From positions 1,797-65,796 of the forward strand of contig JAWXCB010000125.1 of assembly GCA_034440455.1 (NCBI GenBank): a stretch of 64,000 nucleotides of DNA, given 5' to 3'. The stretch's first letter is position 1. The number at the start of each line of letters is the position of its first letter. The translations under genes were made by a program, and so were the position numbers. Below, piece after piece: positions 58,641-64,000 of this stretch. Below the pieces are notes generated by a model. That model had not been told where the DNA came from. It saw only the letters and a list, made by a program, of their open reading frames with translations, and made no database searches. This stretch comes from Chitinophagales bacterium (GTDB lineage Bacteria > Bacteroidota > Bacteroidia > Chitinophagales > CAIOSU01).

Positions 58641-58742
58641 AACCGCAGAGGTCACTGAGGGATTCGCAGAGGTATCAGAGGGCGATCTCTTGTATTACTC
58701 CTTTGCCTTTGCGTGGATTTTTACTCTTTCGCCTCTGCGGTT
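58641..58742. repeat. CGCAGAG-type inverted repeat
   Basis: aaccgcagagg...cgcagagg ... cctctgcggtt. A lone arm also lies at about 33987-34030. Confidence 0.65.
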
Positions 58743-58892
58743 TCTGTAATTCTATCAGCCGGAGGGTAAACCGGGAAATTTGTCTTACACCCTTGCAATC
58801 TTGGCACAGAAAATTCAAATTTCTTGTTTTGGAAAAATTTGATGAATTTTGAGCACTCAATTATTTACGCATAAAGCTTTTCAATAAATTTT

Positions 58893-59210
58893 ATGAGAAA
58901 AGTTGACATGATTGCCAAGATTTCTGAAAAAACCGGCATCGCGAAAGTGGATGTGCTGGTTTCATTGGAATCTTTTTTCAAGGAAATCAAAAACACCTTG
59001 AAAGAAGGTGAAAATGTTTATGTGCGCGGATTCGGAAGTTTTGTGATTAAGAAACGCGCAAAGAAGATTGGTCGTAACATCAAGAAAAATGTAGCGATTG
59101 AAATTCCTGAACACTACATCCCTATTTTCAAACCCGCCAAAGTTTTTACTGACGCAGTGCGCAAGTCCGTGAAGCAGCCAAAGAATAACGTAGAGGAAGA
59201 CGTAGAATGA
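58893..59210 (+). CDS. HU/IHF family DNA-binding protein
   Basis: GENVYVRGFGSFVIKKRAKKIGRNI...IPEH.IP.FKP. Confidence 0.96.
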   Translation: MRKVDMIAKISEKTGIAKVDVLVSLESFFKEIKNTLKEGENVYVRGFGSFVIKKRAKKIGRNIKKNVAIEIPEHYIPIFKPAKVFTDAVRKSVKQPKNNVEEDVE

Positions 59211-60043
59211 GACCAGGACAAGTTATTTTAATAGTGGCGAGCGTGGCGCTGGTTTTCGTGATTTATTCATTCGGATCGCTTCTTCCTCCTGACAAAACAA
59301 ATCCTCAAGAAACAGGCGCTGTTGCATCTGCCGGTGAGAGTGCTTTTGATTTTGAGGCATACAAGTCAGAACAATTAAAAAAACTTCCCGCAGACGCGCT
59401 GAAAAAGTATGAATTGCTGCAAACCGAAGTTCAAGCAGCTGCTGACAAAGCGGGAAAGCTGAATGAAGTAGCTACTTTATTCGAAGCGAACAACTTGAAT
59501 ATTCTTGCTGAATTCTCGAAAAAAGATGCGGCAGCAATAACCAATCAAGATTCCGTTTGGGAGAAATCAGGAAAGGGATTGTATGCAGCGGCATATACTG
59601 CTGACAACCCCCTGCTGACCAAATACGTATTAGCACAGGCGATTGCCTGCTATGAAAAGGCACTGGAATTGAATCCGGATAATGAGGATGCGAAAATTAG
59701 TCTGGCAGTCGCCTACCTTGAAGGGCAATCAGAGCCGATGAAAGGCGTAATGCTTCTAAGAGAAATAACTGACAAAGACCCCGATAACATCACCGCGAAT
59801 TTAATTTTAGGGAAATACGGGATAGTATCGGGTCAATTTGATAAAGCCGTTCAGCGGTTTGAAAAAGTTCTTGCAGTTGATTCGCTCAATGCCGATGCTT
59901 ACCTTTACCTCTCGCAGGCTTATGAAAGCCTGGGTGAAAAAGAAAAAGCCATTGAAATGCTGGTAAAATGCAGGTCGCTCGTGCGTGACCCGGCTTTTGC
60001 GAACGACATCAACAAGTACATTGACAAACTAAAGAACTCATAA
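59207..60043 (+). CDS. TPR-containing membrane-anchored protein
   Basis: N-terminal TM, PMKGVMLLRE, SGQFDKAV.RF and TPR repeats. Confidence 0.88.
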   Translation: MRPGQVILIVASVALVFVIYSFGSLLPPDKTNPQETGAVASAGESAFDFEAYKSEQLKKLPADALKKYELLQTEVQAAADKAGKLNEVATLFEANNLNILAEFSKKDAAAITNQDSVWEKSGKGLYAAAYTADNPLLTKYVLAQAIACYEKALELNPDNEDAKISLAVAYLEGQSEPMKGVMLLREITDKDPDNITANLILGKYGIVSGQFDKAVQRFEKVLAVDSLNADAYLYLSQAYESLGEKEKAIEMLVKCRSLVRDPAFANDINKYIDKLKNS

Positions 60044-60055
60044 AACCAAAATCGT

Positions 60056-60151
60056 ATGCCAAGCGGAAAAAAACGCAAGCGCCACAAAATGGCAACCCAC
60101 AAAAGAAAAAAGAGGTTGCGCAAGAACAGGCACAAAAAGAAGGTGAGATAA
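60056..60151 (+). CDS. Small basic ribosomal protein bS22-like (AURKAIP1/COX24 family)
   Basis: Not in the ORF track: MPSGKKRKRHKMATHKRKKRLRKNRHKKKVR. Confidence 0.85.
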   Translation: MPSGKKRKRHKMATHKRKKRLRKNRHKKKVR

Positions 60152-60195
60152 GCTGTAGGCGCGCTTTATTCTATCCCGTATTTCCCTATTAACAG

Positions 60196-60314
60196 AGGCT
60201 GTTTGTATTGGCTCAATACAGCGTCATTCTGAGCGACAGTGAAGAATCTCTAAATTCATTTTAGAGATTCTTCTCGTTTGCTTACGTGATGAGTTGAGTG
60301 CATAGGGCAGCCTA
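60196..60314. repeat. GTCAT-type element within a weaker outer inverted repeat
   Basis: gtcattctgagcgacagtgaagaatctctaaa-ttca-ttttagagattcttc, flanked by aggctg..ctcaa / ttgag..cagcct. Confidence 0.65.
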
Positions 60315-60329
60315 CAAAAACATATTGAA

Positions 60330-61877
60330 GTGAATAGGGAATTAATTATTAACTCCACCCCGGAAAAGGTGGACATCGCTCTGCTCGAAGACAAAGGGCT
60401 TGTAGAAATTCATCACGAAAAAGGTGAGGATGATTTTATACCGGGAGATATTTATCTCGGGAAAATCACCAAACTCGCCCCCAGTTTGAATGCCGCCTTT
60501 GTGGACGTGGGCTACATCAAAGATGCTTTTCTGCATTACACCGACCTCAGCCCGCAGTTCAGAACACTGAACAAAATTGTGAAAGCTTCTATTGCTGGCG
60601 ATGAATCCTACATCAATCTCAACAACCTGAAATACGAACAGGAAATCGTCAAAACAGGGAAGGTGAATGATGTATTGCAGGCAAAGCAATCTGTGCTTGT
60701 TCAGATTTTGAAAGAGCCAATCAGCACGAAAGGACCACGACTAACCTGCGAAATTTCCGTGCCGGGAAGATTCCTGGTGTTGTTGCCGATGAATGAGTCC
60801 ATCGGAGTTTCAAAAAAAATTCCCTCCGCTGATGAACGCAAGCGCTTGCAGCGCCTGATGGAAAGCATTCGTCCAAAAAATTTTGGCGTGGTGGTGCGCA
60901 CAGTAGCTGAAGGCAAAAGCGCTGCCGAACTGCATGACGACCTCAACGGGTTGGTGAAGAAATGGGAAGCGATGGTGAATAACCTGAAAGGCGCTGTGCC
61001 GGTGGCAAAAGTGCATAAAGAGATGCGCAAAACATCAAGCATCGTGCGCGACCTGCTGAATGCCTCGTTCAACAGCATCGTGATAAATGACCATCCCTTA
61101 TTTTTAGAAGTTCAGAGTTACATCGGAAAAATTCTGCCGGAGAAGAGAAACATCGTTACCCTGCACAAAGCAGCACAGCCGATTTTTGACTATTACGGAG
61201 TAACGCGTCAAATCAAAACGCTTTTCGGGAAAACGGTAACGATTCCCGGTGGAGCCTATCTGGTGATTGAACACACCGAAGCAATGCATGTGATTGACGT
61301 GAACAGCGGTCAGAAGATGAGCAAGCTGAATGATCAGGAAACTACTGCCCTCAATATTAATCGTGAAGCCGCGAAAGAGGTAGTGCGCCAGTTGCGCCTC
61401 CGCGATTTGGGCGGCATCATCGTGGTAGATTTCATTGACATGCGCAATCCCAACAACAGGAAAATTTTGTTCAGCCACATGAGCGCTCTGATGAAGAGCG
61501 ACCGCGCCCGCCACACCATTTTGCCGTTGAGCAAATTCGGAATCATGCAGATAACGCGTGAGCGCACCCGCCCTCAGGTGGACATCGCCACCAGTGAAGT
61601 GTGTTCATCCTGCAACGGCACCGGCAAAGTGGAAGCAACACTTCTTATTACCGATGTGATTGAGCGTGATTTTGAAGCATTAATGGAAAAAGGGCTGCAC
61701 ATAAACATCTTGGCGCATCCTTTCATTGCAGCTTATTTTTCACAAGGGTTACTCTCGAAAAAGCACAAGTGGAGTTGGAAGTATAAAAAACGCATCAACA
61801 TTCATCCCAATGCGGACTATCACCTCACGGAATATCATTTCATAGATGCAAAAACGGGAGAGGAAGTGGTGGTTTGA
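60330..61877 (+). CDS. Ribonuclease E/G family protein
   Basis: S1 domain GDIYLGK...AAFVDVG, KEPISTKGPRLT, VIDVNSG and LRLRDLGGIIVVDFIDM. Confidence 0.96.
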   Translation: MNRELIINSTPEKVDIALLEDKGLVEIHHEKGEDDFIPGDIYLGKITKLAPSLNAAFVDVGYIKDAFLHYTDLSPQFRTLNKIVKASIAGDESYINLNNLKYEQEIVKTGKVNDVLQAKQSVLVQILKEPISTKGPRLTCEISVPGRFLVLLPMNESIGVSKKIPSADERKRLQRLMESIRPKNFGVVVRTVAEGKSAAELHDDLNGLVKKWEAMVNNLKGAVPVAKVHKEMRKTSSIVRDLLNASFNSIVINDHPLFLEVQSYIGKILPEKRNIVTLHKAAQPIFDYYGVTRQIKTLFGKTVTIPGGAYLVIEHTEAMHVIDVNSGQKMSKLNDQETTALNINREAAKEVVRQLRLRDLGGIIVVDFIDMRNPNNRKILFSHMSALMKSDRARHTILPLSKFGIMQITRERTRPQVDIATSEVCSSCNGTGKVEATLLITDVIERDFEALMEKGLHINILAHPFIAAYFSQGLLSKKHKWSWKYKKRINIHPNADYHLTEYHFIDAKTGEEVVV

Positions 61878-61884
61878 AGTTGAA

Positions 61885-62409
61885 TTACTTAATCATCTTC
61901 AAATACCGGTTCAACTGCTCAATGAAATAATTCATGTCCCGTTTGCCATTCATGTCAATCATCAGGTCGTAGCAATAAGTTTTTCCTGGAATAAATCTTC
62001 CCACGCGATAGGTCGCGTTTGACAACGCGCAGATATATTCCAGCGGAAGGCACTCTTCCGTGCAAAGATTAATGAGCAAGTCATACTTTTTCGTAATCAA
62101 CTCTTCCACTTTCGGATGTTGTGGAATGAACAGCCAGTTCACCTGCTGCTTCGTCATATATTCAAATGGGAGGCTGCCTGCGGGTTGATTATGATTTAAA
62201 AAAGCAAAGAAGTGGACGCGCTTGTTGCTATTGCTGAGTTCTTGGTTGAATTTTTTAGTGGCAGTTAAATTTTCGGGAAGCGTAGCGTCAAAGATTACGG
62301 CAATCGTTTGCGCCCGCTCATAATTCATCGTTTGGTGCGGATGCTTCACATCCTTTAGTTTTTTCCGGAGGAAATAATGATGCAGACGAGCGCGTAGCTT
62401 TTTGAACAT
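61885..62409 (-). CDS. DUF6913-like conserved Bacteroidota protein
   Basis: NWLFIP...YDLLINL...PLEYI...S.A..RVG...YDLMI. Confidence 0.8.
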   Translation of the reverse strand: MFKKLRARLHHYFLRKKLKDVKHPHQTMNYERAQTIAVIFDATLPENLTATKKFNQELSNSNKRVHFFAFLNHNQPAGSLPFEYMTKQQVNWLFIPQHPKVEELITKKYDLLINLCTEECLPLEYICALSNATYRVGRFIPGKTYCYDLMIDMNGKRDMNYFIEQLNRYLKMIK

Positions 62410-62423
62410 AGCACCCAAATCTA

Positions 62424-63413
62424 CTAAGACTTCACGCTTTCCGCCTTGCGCTTTTTCGGAGCTTCTGTGAACACACCCATTGAAGAGAATTTATTAATGC
62501 GCTGCGCGATGCGCTCTTCAGCGCTCATCTTTTTCAGCTTCGCTAAGTTTTTTTGCAAATAGATTTTCAGCGTTTTCGCCATCGTTTCGGGGTCGTGGTG
62601 CGCTCCTCCGAGCGGTTCTTTGATGATGTCGTCCACCAGCGCGGCTTTGTGCATGTCGGTGGCGGTGAGTTTGAGGGCTTCAGCCGCCACTTCTTTATAA
62701 TCCCAACTACGCCATAAAATAGAAGAGCACGATTCAGGTGAAATCACCGAATACCAAGTGTTCTCCAGCATCGCCACTTTGTCGCCAATGCCTAAGCCCA
62801 GTGCCCCGCCCGATGCGCCCTCACCAATGATGATACAAATCACAGGCACACGCAGCTTCATCATCTCAAACAGGTTACGCGCAATCGCTTCTGCCTGCCC
62901 ACGCTCTTCGGCTTCCAACCCCGGATAAGCGCCCGGTGTATCAATGAGCGTGATAATTGGTTTGTTAAATTTTTCCGCCAGCTTCATCAGGCGCAGCGCT
63001 TTACGATAACCTTCTGGATTTGCCATGCCGAAGTTGCGGTATTGACGCATCTTGGTGTTGATGCCCTTTTGATGCCCGATAATCATCACGGACTGCCCGT
63101 CCATTTCGCCCCAGCCGCCAATGATGGCTTTGTCATCGGCAAAGCAGCGGTCGCCATGCAGCTCAATATATTTCGAGCACATTTTTTCCGAATAAAAAAG
63201 CGTGTAGGGGCGCTCGGGATGCCGCGCAATCTGCACCTTTTGCCAGCCCGTGAGGTGGCTGTACAGCTTTTTCCTTTCCGCCTTTAGATGCTTCTCTAAT
63301 TCTTTGAGCTGTGCATTGATGTCTTCTCCTGTGGTTTCCGCCTGCCGTTTCAGGTTATCAATTTGTTCACACAGTTCGGCTATCGGCTTTTCAAAATCAA
63401 GATAGGTGGTCAT
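62424..63413 (-). CDS. accA: Acetyl-CoA carboxylase carboxyltransferase alpha subunit
   Basis: [41 protein letters not shown] and YSVISPE motifs. Confidence 0.99.
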   Translation of the reverse strand: MTTYLDFEKPIAELCEQIDNLKRQAETTGEDINAQLKELEKHLKAERKKLYSHLTGWQKVQIARHPERPYTLFYSEKMCSKYIELHGDRCFADDKAIIGGWGEMDGQSVMIIGHQKGINTKMRQYRNFGMANPEGYRKALRLMKLAEKFNKPIITLIDTPGAYPGLEAEERGQAEAIARNLFEMMKLRVPVICIIIGEGASGGALGLGIGDKVAMLENTWYSVISPESCSSILWRSWDYKEVAAEALKLTATDMHKAALVDDIIKEPLGGAHHDPETMAKTLKIYLQKNLAKLKKMSAEERIAQRINKFSSMGVFTEAPKKRKAESVKS

Positions 63414-63464
63414 ATACTACGTGCTACGGCTGCTTTTGCGGGAATCAAATATAGAGAATTTCAG

Positions 63465-64000
63465 GGGTCACTTTCATTTTCTGGGGAGTAAAAGGATTTA
63501 AGCGAATAATTTTTCAAGTCTAAAGAGGAAGAAACTAACATCGGTTACCCCTCTTAAATTGGCTCTGAATCCTTTTATTTTGGAGTTAAATGATTCTGCA
63601 TTGGCATTTGTGCTTCTGTTGTCGAAGAAATTCAGGATGTTTTCCAAGTGATATTCTAATGAGTTGACAGCGGTGTTGAACTCTTCTATTTTGGAAGCTC
63701 TCACCTGTTCTTTCCATTGTTTAAATTGGAGCAGGGCTTTCTCTTTCGATACGTTTTTATAGATGTTTCTAAAGACGACACAGAGTTTGTATGCCTGCTT
63801 TAACAGTGGATATTTTTCAAACAGGATAGCGGATCTTCTGGCTTGGCTCCCCGTCCATTTATCTTCAAAAGCGTAAAGCAGGTAGCGACTTCTGACCAAT
63901 AGTTCTTTCCGTGTATCTCCGTTGGTGAGTATTTCGGGCGAATACTTTTCACCGTTTATTTTAGCTTGTTGAATCAACTTGTTTTCTTCTTCAATGGCTT
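63465..64000 (-). mobile_element. ISL3-family insertion sequence, 3' end (transposase C-terminus 63498 to beyond 64000)
   Basis: NILNFFDNRSTNANAESFNSKIKGFRANLRGV..FFLFRL, with a probable terminal IR starting GGGTCA at about 63465. Confidence 0.9.

Noticed and set aside
1016-63287. Numerous 60-200 aa ORFs antisense or out of frame to housekeeping genes
   Set aside because: These are shadow ORFs with no recognisable motifs.

Overview
Bacteroidota chromosome segment (T9SS/gliding genes, TAnnTTTG promoters, split metH; Chitinophagales-like by impression), mostly housekeeping genes: uvrB, mntH, gatA, tatA, the dut-TPR-DUF4292-envC operon, rnhB, murA, upp, mutY, ssb, gldE/gldD, recG, trhO, a SAM-riboswitch-controlled metH pair, HU, an RNase E/G and accA, with an ISL3 element truncated at the right edge. 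No rRNA, tRNA or CRISPR array was seen. The unusual layer is at small scale. At least five families of short palindromic or tandem repeats fill many intergenic gaps, sometimes nested. They are also read in frame inside GatA, RecG and the TrhO C-terminus, and probably inside the EnvC and GldD N-termini. One repeat family brackets an ~840-bp cargo gene. Three small toxin-antitoxin-like cassettes interrupt conserved operons, one bounded by a perfect 19-bp direct repeat with no integrase. A QueF homolog lacks the catalytic Cys at its canonical position. All calls come from motif recognition by eye; no searches were run.
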